A DNA stretch of 64,000 nucleotides from a phage: sequence record PZ445439.1; one strand, 5' to 3'. The notes below the pieces were generated by a model. The model did not search any database. It saw only the letters and a list, made by a program, of their open reading frames with translations, and had not been told where the DNA came from. Numbering within the stretch: the first letter of the stretch is position 1; each line of letters begins with the position of its first letter. A program made the position numbers and the translations under genes. Below are positions 42,368 to 52,163 of the stretch, piece by piece.

Positions 42368-43043
42368 ACGCAAAAGATACATAAAAACGAATTGCTTCTA
42401 AGGCATTAATAACGTGCAAACAGAGGTAAAGAGATTTCATTAGCTCACGCTTCCAATATGTCTCATGCTCAATAGCATCTTCAATAACGTCTTCGTCTGC
42501 ATTAATTTCTTTTTGGTATTCGATATCAGCTTTAGCGTTTTCCCAATAACGAGCTTTAACCAGAACATCATCATAATATCGTCCGATAGATTCGGCACGC
42601 TTCATAATAGCTTCATCTAATACAATCTCATCAAACACCTTCGATGGATCGGTATAAAGATTTCGCATAATATGAGTGTACGAACGAGAGTGAATAGTTT
42701 CACTGAATGTCCATGTTGCAACCCACGTATCTAATGAAGGGTCGGAAATCAGTGCCATAAGTACCGCAGATGGGGCCCTGCCTTGGATAGAATCTAATAA
42801 TGATTGATACTTAAGATTGTTTGTAAAGATGTCCTGTTGGAACTGAGGAAGCTTATTGAACTGCGCAGAGTCCAACATCAAGTTTACCTCTTCTGGGCGC
42901 CAGAAAAATGACAATTGCTTTTCAATAAGTTCTTCAAAAACTTTATGTCGCTGAATATCATAACGTGCGAGGCCAAGACCAGAACCAAAGAACATTGGTT
43001 CATTCAAAACATCGACTTGTTGTGTGTTAAAAACTGTACTCAT
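42368..43043 (-). CDS. nrdB: Ribonucleotide reductase small subunit NrdB, exon 1
   Basis: N-terminal half; ends ...LEAIRFYVSFA, which aligns with E. coli NrdB immediately before the intron. Confidence 0.85.
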
Positions 43044-43098
43044 TATATTTTCTCACTTAGTTATTAACTCATCCATGAGTAAATTATAATCAAAAGTC

Positions 43099-45354
43099 TT
43101 AAAGCTTACAAGCAGAACAATCTTCAGCTTTAGGTGTTTCTAATTCATAGTCATCTGTACCTGACCCATCACGAGTGTTATGATAGTAGAGGTTTTTTCC
43201 GCCAAAGTACCAGAAGTAAAGCAGATCGTCAAGCATTACTGACATTGGCACTTTACCTTTCTCAAATACTGCAGGGTCATAGTAAGTATTAGCAGAAGCA
43301 GATTGGCACACCCATTTCAACATGATAGCAACTTGGGTTAAATAAGGTTTATTACCTTTCTTAGCAAGTTTCCACGCGTAGTCGTAAAGACCTATGTTAT
43401 GTTCTATATTAGGAACAACCTGACGGAAGTTGCCTTCTTTAGATTCTTTAATACTCACTGGACCCCGCGGCGGTTCAATCCCGTTTGTAGAGTTTGATAC
43501 TTGACTGCTTGACTCACAAGGCATGAGTGCAGACAACGTTGAGTTACGAATTCCATGTTCTTTGAGTTCAGCTCGAAGTTCTTCCCAATCACATACGTAG
43601 TTCGGGGCTGCGATTTGGTCAATCTTTTTATTGTACCAGTCGATAGGTAATTCGCCTCTAGACCATTTAGTGTCTGAATAATACTCGCAACATCCTTTTT
43701 CTTTGGCGAGTTTGATTGATGCTTTGATAAGGCCATATTGCAATCTCTCAAACAATTCATGAGTCAAATCGTTAGCGTCTTCATATGAAGCGAAGTTAGA
43801 AGCTAACCATGCAGCATAGTTCGTAACACCAACACCAAGATTACGACGCTTTTTGGCTTTTAAAGCTTCTGGAACCGGATAATCTTGATAGTCTAACAGG
43901 TTATCAAGTGCACGTACTTGTACTTCAGCAAGTTCATTAATTTTATCTTGGTCTTGCCAATCAAATTTATCTAACACGAATGCAGATAACGTGCATAAAC
44001 CAATTTCAGCATCAGGACCATTCACATCATTAGTTGGAATAGCGATTTCACAACATAAGTTACTCTGACGAATTGGAGCTTTTTCACGAATAAACGGAGT
44101 GTAGTTATTCGTGTTATCAACGAATTGCGGATAAATTCGAGCGGTGCCAGAACGTTCAGTCATGAACAATTCAAAGAGTTCTAGTGCTTTGATTCTTTTC
44201 TTTCTGATTGTTGGGTCTTTTTCAGCTTTCTCATAAAGCTCACGGAATTTATCTTGATCTTCAAAGAACGAGTAGTATAGTTCGCCTGACATTTCGTGAG
44301 GGCTAAATAAAGTAATATAATCATTTTTACCAAGGCGTTCCATCATAAGGTCATTAATCTGAATTCCGTAGTCCATATGTCGAATACGGTTTTCATCCAC
44401 GCCTTTGTTATTTTTCAGAACTAATAGGTTCTCTACTTCTAAGTGCCACATCGGATAATACGCTGTAGCAGCACCACCACGAATACCACCTTGAGAACAA
44501 GATTTTACTGCAGTTTGGAAATGTTTCCAGAATGGAATAACACCCGTATGTCGAACTTCACCCATACCGATCTTAGAACCTTCTGCACGAAGCATACCAA
44601 CGTTGATACCAATACCAGCTCGTTTAGAAATATATTCAATAATTGATGCTGAAGTTTTGTTAATAGATTTTAACGAATCACCGGCTTCAATAACTACACA
44701 ACTAGAGAACTGGCGAGTTGGAGTACGAGCACCTGCCATAATTGGAGTAGGCAATGAAACTTGATGAGTAGAAACGGCATCATAAAAACGAATAATATGT
44801 TTCAAACGGTCGTGAGTTTCGTCTTGATGTAAGGCCATGCCAATAGCCATGATAGCAAACTGGGGAGTTTCATAAATCTTCCCAGTTGTTTTATCTTTAA
44901 CTAGATATTTTTCTTTAAGCTGCATAGCACCAGCATAAGTCAGGTCAAAGTCTCGTTCATGTTTAATCTGTGAATCGAGATAAATGATTTCTTCTGCTGA
45001 ATATTGAGACAACAGCTCAGGGTCATATTTGCCTTCATTAACACAATAAGAAATATGGTCGATAAAAGCAGGCGGTTCAAACTGCCCATATACATCTTTA
45101 CGAAGTGCAAACATTAGCCCTTTGGCGGCGACATACTGATAATCAGGTTCTTCGACAGAAATCGAGTTAGCTGCAACTTTAATACAAATCTTCTGGATAT
45201 CTTTGGTGCTCATCCCGTCGACAAGATGGGTCTTAATTTCTTCGTACAATTCATATGGGTCAATTTGTGTTCCTTCACATTGCCAAGTTAAGACTTGAAT
45301 AATTTTCTGTGCATCAAAATTTTGGGATACACCACTGCTCTTAGTTACTTGCAT
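43099..45354 (-). CDS. nrdA: Ribonucleotide reductase large subunit NrdA (751 aa)
   Basis: ORF track; class Ia R1 sequence; C-terminal Cys pair; matches recalled T4 NrdA. Confidence 0.95.
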   Translation of the reverse strand: MQVTKSSGVSQNFDAQKIIQVLTWQCEGTQIDPYELYEEIKTHLVDGMSTKDIQKICIKVAANSISVEEPDYQYVAAKGLMFALRKDVYGQFEPPAFIDHISYCVNEGKYDPELLSQYSAEEIIYLDSQIKHERDFDLTYAGAMQLKEKYLVKDKTTGKIYETPQFAIMAIGMALHQDETHDRLKHIIRFYDAVSTHQVSLPTPIMAGARTPTRQFSSCVVIEAGDSLKSINKTSASIIEYISKRAGIGINVGMLRAEGSKIGMGEVRHTGVIPFWKHFQTAVKSCSQGGIRGGAATAYYPMWHLEVENLLVLKNNKGVDENRIRHMDYGIQINDLMMERLGKNDYITLFSPHEMSGELYYSFFEDQDKFRELYEKAEKDPTIRKKRIKALELFELFMTERSGTARIYPQFVDNTNNYTPFIREKAPIRQSNLCCEIAIPTNDVNGPDAEIGLCTLSAFVLDKFDWQDQDKINELAEVQVRALDNLLDYQDYPVPEALKAKKRRNLGVGVTNYAAWLASNFASYEDANDLTHELFERLQYGLIKASIKLAKEKGCCEYYSDTKWSRGELPIDWYNKKIDQIAAPNYVCDWEELRAELKEHGIRNSTLSALMPCESSSQVSNSTNGIEPPRGPVSIKESKEGNFRQVVPNIEHNIGLYDYAWKLAKKGNKPYLTQVAIMLKWVCQSASANTYYDPAVFEKGKVPMSVMLDDLLYFWYFGGKNLYYHNTRDGSGTDDYELETPKAEDCSACKL

Positions 45355-45441
45355 ATATTCCTCAGTATAGGTTGATAGACATTACTCCAAACGGGATAGT
45401 ATTTATCCCGTTAATTTATTATACACTTTTAAACTGAAGCG

Positions 45442-45696
45442 TTAATTATCCTCGGCAATAATTTCTTCGTATTCTTTAGGTGTCAAGACTGTGATATTGA
45501 AATAAACCAACGGTTCTTTTTCTATACCGAATCCACCACAAAATTCACGATATTCATAAATTCGTTCATGTGAATAACAAATGAATCGTTCACCTTTAAC
45601 TGTGATTTCACTATTTGGTGAAGGGATATCCAGTTCACTTGGATTTTTCATTTCAAAAATTGTGGTGCCATATGAATTAATAAAACGTAAAATCAT
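45442..45696 (-). CDS. Hypothetical protein between nrdA and td (T4 nrdA.1/nrdA.2 position)
   Basis: ORF track; ATG start. Confidence 0.6.
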   Translation of the reverse strand: MILRFINSYGTTIFEMKNPSELDIPSPNSEITVKGERFICYSHERIYEYREFCGGFGIEKEPLVYFNITVLTPKEYEEIIAEDN

Positions 45697-45697
45697 T

Positions 45698-46558
45698 TTA
45701 TACCGCCATTTTAGCTTTGATAGCTGGATGAGATTCGTAATTTTTAAGAACGAAATCAGAATGTGTCATCGTTCCAGTAACCCAGTCCATTTGGATTTTT
45801 GTAGGCCAATTCTCAAAATTACTAGGCCAATTAATTTCAAGAGAACATAACTCTTTAGGTTCACGACGAAGAACTTCTTTGCATTGTTCTACATGATTGC
45901 TGTAGATATGCGTGTTGCCGCCTGAGAACACTAAATCACCTGGGATAAGGTTACACATCTTCGCTACAATATGCGTCAAGGCAGCGTACGAGGCAATGTT
46001 GAATGGCAGGCCCAAGAAAACATCTACACTGCGTTGATACCATTGTAAATCAAGATGCCCATTACGCACATTAAATTGATAGAACATATGACAAGGAGGA
46101 AGAGCCATTTGGTCAATTTCTGCAGGGTTCCATGCAGAAACTATTTGACGACGATCATTAGGAAGAGCTTTAATACGGTCGATAGTTTTGACCAATTGGT
46201 CTACACCACCAAAATCACGCCATTGCTTACCATAAATAGGACCAAGTTCGCCGCTATGATATCCAAGGTCTTTTGCCTGATTTTCATAGTTGTCGTCCCA
46301 AATAGTTTTACCTTGAATAAGACTACCATGAGTACGAATACGCAAATCATTAACATTGGTAGAACCAGACATGAACCACAGTAACTCGGCAATACAAGCT
46401 TTCCATGCTAATTTCTTAGTTGTTACTGCAGGGAATCCTTTAGTCAGATCCCAACGTAATTTAGTTCCGAACAGGGCAATAGTGCCGGTGCCTGTACGGT
46501 CGTCTGTTTCGTAGCCATTTTCTAGGATATCATTAATCAGGTATTGGTATTGTTTCAT
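45698..46558 (-). CDS. td: Thymidylate synthase, uninterrupted (286 aa)
   Basis: ORF track; continuous 286-aa ORF the same length as spliced T4 Td; no intron. Confidence 0.95.
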   Translation of the reverse strand: MKQYQYLINDILENGYETDDRTGTGTIALFGTKLRWDLTKGFPAVTTKKLAWKACIAELLWFMSGSTNVNDLRIRTHGSLIQGKTIWDDNYENQAKDLGYHSGELGPIYGKQWRDFGGVDQLVKTIDRIKALPNDRRQIVSAWNPAEIDQMALPPCHMFYQFNVRNGHLDLQWYQRSVDVFLGLPFNIASYAALTHIVAKMCNLIPGDLVFSGGNTHIYSNHVEQCKEVLRREPKELCSLEINWPSNFENWPTKIQMDWVTGTMTHSDFVLKNYESHPAIKAKMAV

Positions 46559-47142
46559 TTATAAACGCTCTCAGTAATTTCGGTGAGTTCATCGATTCTG
46601 TAGTAATGAGATTCTACCATAGAACGTTGAAGCATAATATCTTGGACGAAATCTTTATCAAGTTGAACATCGGAATTAACACGACATTTCTTAATGATTT
46701 TAGTCATCACGATTTCATCGGCATAAGGCAGTGCTTGTTTAAGTAGAGCAGGACCGCCGATAACAGATACATTAACATGTTCAGTAGAAAGTTTAAACGG
46801 TACATCAGTTGCAGGGCTAAACAGGTTAATTTCACCACCTGTTACCAAGGTAATAAATTCAGATTGGGTGATATAGAACCGTGCAAGTTCATCAGTTTTA
46901 GTCCTAGGCAGTTTTCTGGCCATATCAGTGACAACCACATGAGTACGATCTGGGAGTAGACGAGGTAATGATGCAAAAGTCTTAGCACCCATAACCATTA
47001 CAGTGTTTTTAGTGCGAGCAACAAAGTTACTCATATCTTGTTTGATATGCTTCCATGGAAGTCCATCACCTAATCCAAAAGCATATTCCAGTTTATCATC
47101 AACTGTTTTAGATGGTGCGCATGCGAATACTAATTTAAGCAT
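46555..47142 (-). CDS. frd: Dihydrofolate reductase (195 aa)
   Basis: ORF track; DHFR-like, about 60 percent similar to recalled T4 Frd; ATGA overlap with td. Confidence 0.9.
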   Translation of the reverse strand: MLKLVFACAPSKTVDDKLEYAFGLGDGLPWKHIKQDMSNFVARTKNTVMVMGAKTFASLPRLLPDRTHVVVTDMARKLPRTKTDELARFYITQSEFITLVTGGEINLFSPATDVPFKLSTEHVNVSVIGGPALLKQALPYADEIVMTKIIKKCRVNSDVQLDKDFVQDIMLQRSMVESHYYRIDELTEITESVYK

Positions 47143-47383
47143 TTTTAAGTCCTTTAATAACTTTTTGGATTTGTGATTTAGACGAAACTAGTTCTGTCTG
47201 AATTTCCAAACCATCGGTTTGGTCAAATGTTGTAACACAAACGCGAGGTTTTGTTGTGTATCGCCCAGACAAATCAAATGCGTCGCCAATGAATTCGGCC
47301 AAATCCGAATGGTCTAAATTAACTGAAGTATAAACTTCATATCCGACATCAGCGCCTTGAGAGTATTCAACAACAACATTCAT
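47135..47383 (-). CDS. Hypothetical protein (T4 frd.1 position)
   Basis: ORF track; ATG start. Confidence 0.6.
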   Translation of the reverse strand: MNVVVEYSQGADVGYEVYTSVNLDHSDLAEFIGDAFDLSGRYTTKPRVCVTTFDQTDGLEIQTELVSSKSQIQKVIKGLKNA

Positions 47384-47385
47384 AA

Positions 47386-47635
47386 TTATTTCCTCAGATT
47401 TTTCTTAACAACTTTCCAATCAACTTTAAACGATTCAACATCAGAGTGGTGAATCCAGAATCCTGCACTTTCACCATCTTCGTAGAGTGGACATCCATCA
47501 CATTCTTCGTTCCAACCCATTTCACGTAAAGCTTCTTCAGCTTGTTCAAGGAGTTCAGCGTCTTTACCGACGATGTTGAAGTACCATTTACCTCTAACTT
47601 CAGAATCTTTGATGCTCTGACGTTGCAATCTCATT
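47386..47635 (-). CDS. Hypothetical protein (T4 frd.2 position), start set to ATG 47635 with AGGAG Shine-Dalgarno (track ORF begins at GTG 47697)
   Basis: ORF track; manual start check. Confidence 0.6.
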
Positions 47636-47696
47636 TTATTCTCCTTCACTTTTGATTTGATAGGGCTACTATAACATAACCCTATCTGATTGTACA

Positions 47697-48089
47697 CTAC
47701 TTTTTAAAAGTTTTTTGCAAAAGTTCGATGATTTCGTCGACGTTGGTTTCATCTACGATACAATGGATTTTTGTTACACCTAAAGCTATACCTTCGTTAG
47801 TAGGTTGAGGCTTTACTATATCTACCTCAGTAAAGTATTTGAACTCGTCAGGATAAATCTCAAAATAAGTTTCAATTTCACCACCGGCAGAACATACAGT
47901 ACCATCTTCCATAGTTACACTTACTACGTTTGACGTATCGCTATCATAATCAGGTTCCATTCCGTTTACAACAAAACTAGGCCCGTGGAGTTCAATCAAT
48001 TTTAACATCTTAGCGTTATTGTGTGGTGCTTCTTGAACAAAGTCATCTTTAAATAAAGGGTTAATGATATAAGATTTTCCGATTTCCAT
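47697..48089 (-). CDS. Hypothetical protein (T4 frd.3 position)
   Basis: ORF track; ATG start; early-promoter-like element upstream. Confidence 0.65.
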   Translation of the reverse strand: MEIGKSYIINPLFKDDFVQEAPHNNAKMLKLIELHGPSFVVNGMEPDYDSDTSNVVSVTMEDGTVCSAGGEIETYFEIYPDEFKYFTEVDIVKPQPTNEGIALGVTKIHCIVDETNVDEIIELLQKTFKK

Positions 48090-48141
48090 TTTGATTTCCT
48101 CATGTTGTTGATAGGTCTATACTAACACATCCAGGGAAGAA

Positions 48142-48147
48142 GTAAAC
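48142..48147 (-). promoter_or_regulatory. Early-promoter -35 box GTTTAC (minus strand) upstream of the frd.3-position gene
   Basis: Plus gtaaac; TAGTAT -10 candidate 17 nt downstream on minus strand. Confidence 0.45.
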
Positions 48148-48178
48148 AACTTTTTCGGCAATTTACAGATACTCAAAA

Positions 48179-48196
48179 GGGAGACCGAAGTCTCCC
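48179..48196 (-). terminator. Rho-independent terminator after gene 32 (minus strand)
   Basis: gggagac-cgaa-gtctccc; minus strand followed by TTTTGAGTATC. Confidence 0.75.
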
Positions 48197-48202
48197 AATT
48201 TA

Positions 48203-49105
48203 TTATAAACCAGCTAACAGGTCATCGAGGTCGCCATCATCAGAGGATGAGGTAGAGCTCATGAAGTCATCTTCAGTTTTTGCAGAACTAAAGGCTTCCA
48301 TGTCTTTATCAAAATCGTCAAGGTCAGAAGCAACTTTATCTGCAACAGAAGCTGCTGCGGCTGCTGCACCACCAAGAGCGGCAGTACCAAGAACCTTAGC
48401 GAAAGATTCATTTAATTTTTCAAAGGATTTGAACTGGTCTTTAGCCGTCAAAGTAGTAAGGTCTACCATCTGGTCATATAGTTCTTTCTGGAATGCTTCA
48501 TCATTAATACGAGGAATTTCAGATTGACCCAAGAATTTAGATTCGTCATAGTTGCTAAAACCGGAAACCTGCTTAGCTTTCAGAACGAAGTTGGCACCTT
48601 CAAACGGACAAGTAACATCAACTGGAGTTTCACCCATTTCGGTATCAACAGCAATCATTGCATTGATTTTGTCCCAAATCTTTTTACCGAAACGATATTT
48701 AAATACTTTACCTTCGTTATCTGGAGCTTGAGGGTCTTTAACAACCAGAATATTAGCCCAATAAGAAGTTTTACGTTTCAGTTGAGAATATTCATTTTTG
48801 TTGGTATTGTACAGGTCATTTTTACTAATGTACTGACATACAGGACAAGAGTCATAATCACCATGTGTAGAAGAGCAATTTTCAATATACCATTTACCAT
48901 TTTTCTTGAAACCATGGTTAACAAGAATTGCAAATGGTAGTGCATCATCAGTTTTTGCTGGCAAGAAACGAATTACCGCTTGACCATTACCGGATGCATC
49001 TAGCTTCAGCTTCCATTCGCCTTTATCTTCTGAAGAGAAACCTTTGTTACCATTCAGTTTAGCCATTTGAGCAGCGAGGTCAGCAGTAGATTTACGTTTA
49101 AACAT
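48203..49105 (-). CDS. 32: Single-stranded DNA-binding protein gp32 (300 aa)
   Basis: ORF track; near-identical to recalled T4 gp32; acidic C-terminus; terminator downstream. Confidence 0.97.
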   Translation of the reverse strand: MFKRKSTADLAAQMAKLNGNKGFSSEDKGEWKLKLDASGNGQAVIRFLPAKTDDALPFAILVNHGFKKNGKWYIENCSSTHGDYDSCPVCQYISKNDLYNTNKNEYSQLKRKTSYWANILVVKDPQAPDNEGKVFKYRFGKKIWDKINAMIAVDTEMGETPVDVTCPFEGANFVLKAKQVSGFSNYDESKFLGQSEIPRINDEAFQKELYDQMVDLTTLTAKDQFKSFEKLNESFAKVLGTAALGGAAAAAASVADKVASDLDDFDKDMEAFSSAKTEDDFMSSTSSSDDGDLDDLLAGL

Positions 49106-49194
49106 GGATTATTACCTTTTATTTAGATTATTTAATTTATTTACAGTTGGTTGCTACGACACTTATACCTCGTAGCTGGTATGATTTATTTATA
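49106..49194 (-). promoter_or_regulatory. Gene 32 leader: late promoter TATAAATA (plus 49187-49194), conserved hairpin (49153-49176) and AU-rich unstructured tract, i.e. the gp32 translational operator region
   Basis: gctacga...tcgtagc hairpin followed on the mRNA by repeated UAAAUA-type AU-rich sequence up to the AUG; gp32 autoregulation is established for T4. Confidence 0.65.
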
Positions 49195-49223
49195 AAGTAA
49201 TTTTAACACACAAGAAATAAAGC

Positions 49224-49877
49224 TTAATACTTACATGATTTGATTGTTTCTATGAACAATTTCTTAGCAACATTTCCATCGATTTGAAGTATTTTTCGAT
49301 ATGCCTTTAATTTGGTAGAATAATTTTGCCAGACTAAGTTATCGGTGAGTTCGTCGTGCTTATCTATAATATTCAAAAACGAGTCCAACAATAAGAAAGT
49401 CTCAAATGAAATTATATTGCTTTGTAACAATTTAAATATGTAGCTCGACTGAACTTTATTATTATAATCAAATATCTCTTGAAGCGCACTAACTTCCACT
49501 TTCTTACTGAAATAGTAGATGTTACGTACGTCTTCAGCAAACGTCTCTTTAGCTTGTTTGAGACGTCCAATATATTCCCTATAGAAAACTAATGCATCAG
49601 CGTCTGATATCTCACCAATCCATGCGTCTTGGTTAGCAACTAAGTTGCTTATGAATATCAAGGTGAGTTCCTTCAATTTATATTTCTCTGCTAGTTTTTC
49701 AAAGAAATATTTATCTCGGCGTTTTTGATACGCATTATCCGAAACACGCATGCGCCAGTTATATTTGATTACGTCATACCGACCACCAAAGTGGTTTTTG
49801 CACATCAAGTATAGTTTATATACTGATTTACCGTTAATATAACGTTCTCCGTCAGGAGGCATGCGTATTTTAATCAT
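49224..49877 (-). CDS. 59: gp59 helicase loader (217 aa)
   Basis: ORF track; highly similar to recalled T4 gp59. Confidence 0.93.
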   Translation of the reverse strand: MIKIRMPPDGERYINGKSVYKLYLMCKNHFGGRYDVIKYNWRMRVSDNAYQKRRDKYFFEKLAEKYKLKELTLIFISNLVANQDAWIGEISDADALVFYREYIGRLKQAKETFAEDVRNIYYFSKKVEVSALQEIFDYNNKVQSSYIFKLLQSNIISFETFLLLDSFLNIIDKHDELTDNLVWQNYSTKLKAYRKILQIDGNVAKKLFIETIKSCKY

Positions 49878-50553
49878 AGTTCCATCCAGGCCATTTTGAA
49901 GATTTAAGTCTATACGTAACTAGAGATGCAGAAATATTAAAAACATCCGAAACTTCTGTGCATGATGAGTATTTTATACCATCAATAATTATAGGTTTTT
50001 GTTTTTTAATAGTTCTTTCTTTAGAATGCGGCTTTGAATTTGCTATTCTAAGAGCTTCTTTGGTTGAATCAGGCATCGGCTTATTCGTTTTTCGCCCTTT
50101 TCGGACTTTACTCAAAGCTAATTTATGAGCTTCAGATAGTTTCTTACCCTTATTAGGGGATGGTATTTTTCTTTCTAATCTGGTTTTAGATACTTTAGCC
50201 TTAGTCTCTTCAGATCTAGGTTTCCCTATTTTAGAAAGTGAAATAGCCCTTTTAGCTTCATCACTTTGTTTTTTACCAGGGCCACCTTTACCACCTGGAA
50301 CCAGGTTATAAGTATCAGTTCGCAAAACAAAATCTTCATTAACCAATTCTGCTTCTTTTTTATAGGCGTCCTTGTCATTATCATATTCATAAAGAACTTC
50401 AGTATAAAAATTTTTTAGCCCGTATTTAGCTTTGGCCGCTAATATAGCGCGACCAGACCCAATATACCAATCTTTCTCTTTATGTTTTTTGTGTACGCCT
50501 ATATAAATTTTACCATTTATTTTATTGGTAGTTTTATACACAACGTATTTCAT
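49870..50553 (-). CDS. GIY-YIG homing endonuclease, Seg-type (227 aa)
   Basis: N-terminal GIY-YIG module (YVVYKTTNKINGKIYIGV); Lys-rich linker with repeated S-x-x-x-K-x-A-x-S-like (NUMOD3-type) motifs; overlaps genes 59 and 33 by a few nt. Confidence 0.8.
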   Translation of the reverse strand: MKYVVYKTTNKINGKIYIGVHKKHKEKDWYIGSGRAILAAKAKYGLKNFYTEVLYEYDNDKDAYKKEAELVNEDFVLRTDTYNLVPGGKGGPGKKQSDEAKRAISLSKIGKPRSEETKAKVSKTRLERKIPSPNKGKKLSEAHKLALSKVRKGRKTNKPMPDSTKEALRIANSKPHSKERTIKKQKPIIIDGIKYSSCTEVSDVFNISASLVTYRLKSSKWPGWNYD

Positions 50554-50888
50554 AATAAGAAATCTAACGTATTAGTTTTTTCACCACGAGCAACTGATGG
50601 GCGAAGCATGTTTTCGTCAATTGCTTCGCTTGTAATTTTTTCAATAATTCCTGTAGGAATAAATTTAGCAAATTGTGTTTCTGGAATAGAATTTTCTTCC
50701 AAGAAAGCAGTTGTTGCTTCTAAATAAGACATACCGAATTGTTCAACCATGGATTCGATAATGAATCCGTTTTCTTGTCTGTCAAGCAATTTAGCGATAT
50801 CATCTTTATCGTGTTTTACTGCTAATTCTTGTTCAGATAAACCGGCCTCATCAACCGGTTTAATATCACTTAGTGAAAACTGTGTCAT
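50550..50888 (-). CDS. 33: gp33 late transcription co-activator (112 aa)
   Basis: ORF track; near-identical to recalled T4 gp33. Confidence 0.92.
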   Translation of the reverse strand: MTQFSLSDIKPVDEAGLSEQELAVKHDKDDIAKLLDRQENGFIIESMVEQFGMSYLEATTAFLEENSIPETQFAKFIPTGIIEKITSEAIDENMLRPSVARGEKTNTLDFLL

Positions 50889-51135
50889 AAAGCTCGACTA
50901 CCTCTTCGTTTTCAGCTTCAAATTGGTCACGAGCGTCTTTATGATAAAGAGCTAACAAACGATTAAACATTTTTCCATCGACACCAAGCTCTTCTTTAGC
51001 ACGAGTACGAATGTCTTTAATCAGTTCATTATAACCAGAAATTTTAAGTTTGTTATCGGAAGCTTCCTTGACTAGTTTAGCCAGTTCTTCACCATGCACA
51101 TCTTGATTAAATTCAACTGCTTCTTTCTTAGCCAT
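50866..51135 (-). CDS. dsbA: DsbA double-stranded DNA-binding protein (89 aa from ATG 51135 with GAGG Shine-Dalgarno)
   Basis: ORF track; T4 DsbA size; synteny between rnh and 33. Confidence 0.8.
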   Translation of the reverse strand: MAKKEAVEFNQDVHGEELAKLVKEASDNKLKISGYNELIKDIRTRAKEELGVDGKMFNRLLALYHKDARDQFEAENEEVVELYDTVFTK

Positions 51136-51142
51136 GTTTACC

Positions 51143-52060
51143 TCAGAATTCATTAATTACACTTGTTAATTTAGAAAGACCAGATTTTACAAAGTATGAA
51201 TAAATCTTGCCTTTAGGTTGTTGTTTATATGAGTTATAATACTCTATAATGGTTGAAGCAATATTATCAGGGATATAATCAAAATCAATGAGAACCAAAT
51301 TTTCTTGATACCGTTTATATTCTTCTGCACTTAATAATACTTCAGCTTGAGAACGGTCATTGGCAATTGCTTCAATAATCGTTGTTTTCATGCTCGGAGT
51401 TCGTTCACCATCAACTCTGGTAAACCAGAAGTCGCCACGAACTCGAACAGATGCAACACCATCCTTACGGTCACCTTTAAGAATTTTAGTCATGCAATCA
51501 ATTTCAGCAGAACCATTCTTAATTTTAACCCATTTTTTCTGTGGTGGCGACCACTGTTTAACGTTAGGATATTTGTGTAATTGTGTAAAGTCACCATCTG
51601 ATGCAACAATACATACTTTATGTCCAGCTAATGACAAATATTTAGTTAATACACCGATATGGTCATCCGCTTCATACTTGTCAATATCCATTACAACGTA
51701 TGGCATGTATTTCTTAATCTCATCAACAACTTGATGGAGTGCAGTAAAATATCCTTCCCAATCCCACTTTGAAGCTTCACGATCGGTTTTACGATTTTTC
51801 TTGTAATAGTAAGCAAAGTCACGACGCCAATAACCCGAAGTAGCATTATCCATACATAATACAAATTTTGTATAGCCTTGCTTACGGAACATCACTACGT
51901 TTTTACGAATTGAATTCAAGATTACATGGCGAACCATCGGAACGGTAATTTTATCGCCGTCTTCAAAGTTGTTTAATGCGGCTGCCAATGCAATGTTACT
52001 AAAGTCAGCAAGTGCAATACCTTCTTTGTAATCTTCATCTAACATCATTTCTAAATCCAT
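51143..52060 (-). CDS. rnh: RNase H / 5-prime-3-prime exonuclease (305 aa)
   Basis: ORF track; FEN-family features; T4 Rnh size; synteny upstream of gene 34. Confidence 0.92.
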   Translation of the reverse strand: MDLEMMLDEDYKEGIALADFSNIALAAALNNFEDGDKITVPMVRHVILNSIRKNVVMFRKQGYTKFVLCMDNATSGYWRRDFAYYYKKNRKTDREASKWDWEGYFTALHQVVDEIKKYMPYVVMDIDKYEADDHIGVLTKYLSLAGHKVCIVASDGDFTQLHKYPNVKQWSPPQKKWVKIKNGSAEIDCMTKILKGDRKDGVASVRVRGDFWFTRVDGERTPSMKTTIIEAIANDRSQAEVLLSAEEYKRYQENLVLIDFDYIPDNIASTIIEYYNSYKQQPKGKIYSYFVKSGLSKLTSVINEF

Positions 52061-52115
52061 ATGAACCTCTTGTTCAGTTAGTCAACTTGTCTATAGTAAC
52101 ACACTCATTTGAAAG

Positions 52116-52121
52116 CGTAAA
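52116..52121 (-). promoter_or_regulatory. Early-promoter -35 box GTTTAC (minus strand) upstream of rnh
   Basis: Plus gtaaac; TACTAT -10 candidate 18 nt downstream on minus strand. Confidence 0.45.
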
Positions 52122-52125
52122 CTGG

Positions 52126-52133
52126 TATAAATA
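52126..52133 (+). promoter_or_regulatory. Late promoter TATAAATA for gene 34
   Basis: Exact motif about 30 nt upstream of ATG. Confidence 0.7.
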
Positions 52134-52163
52134 AGTATTATTGAAACAATAAAGGAAAAACGA

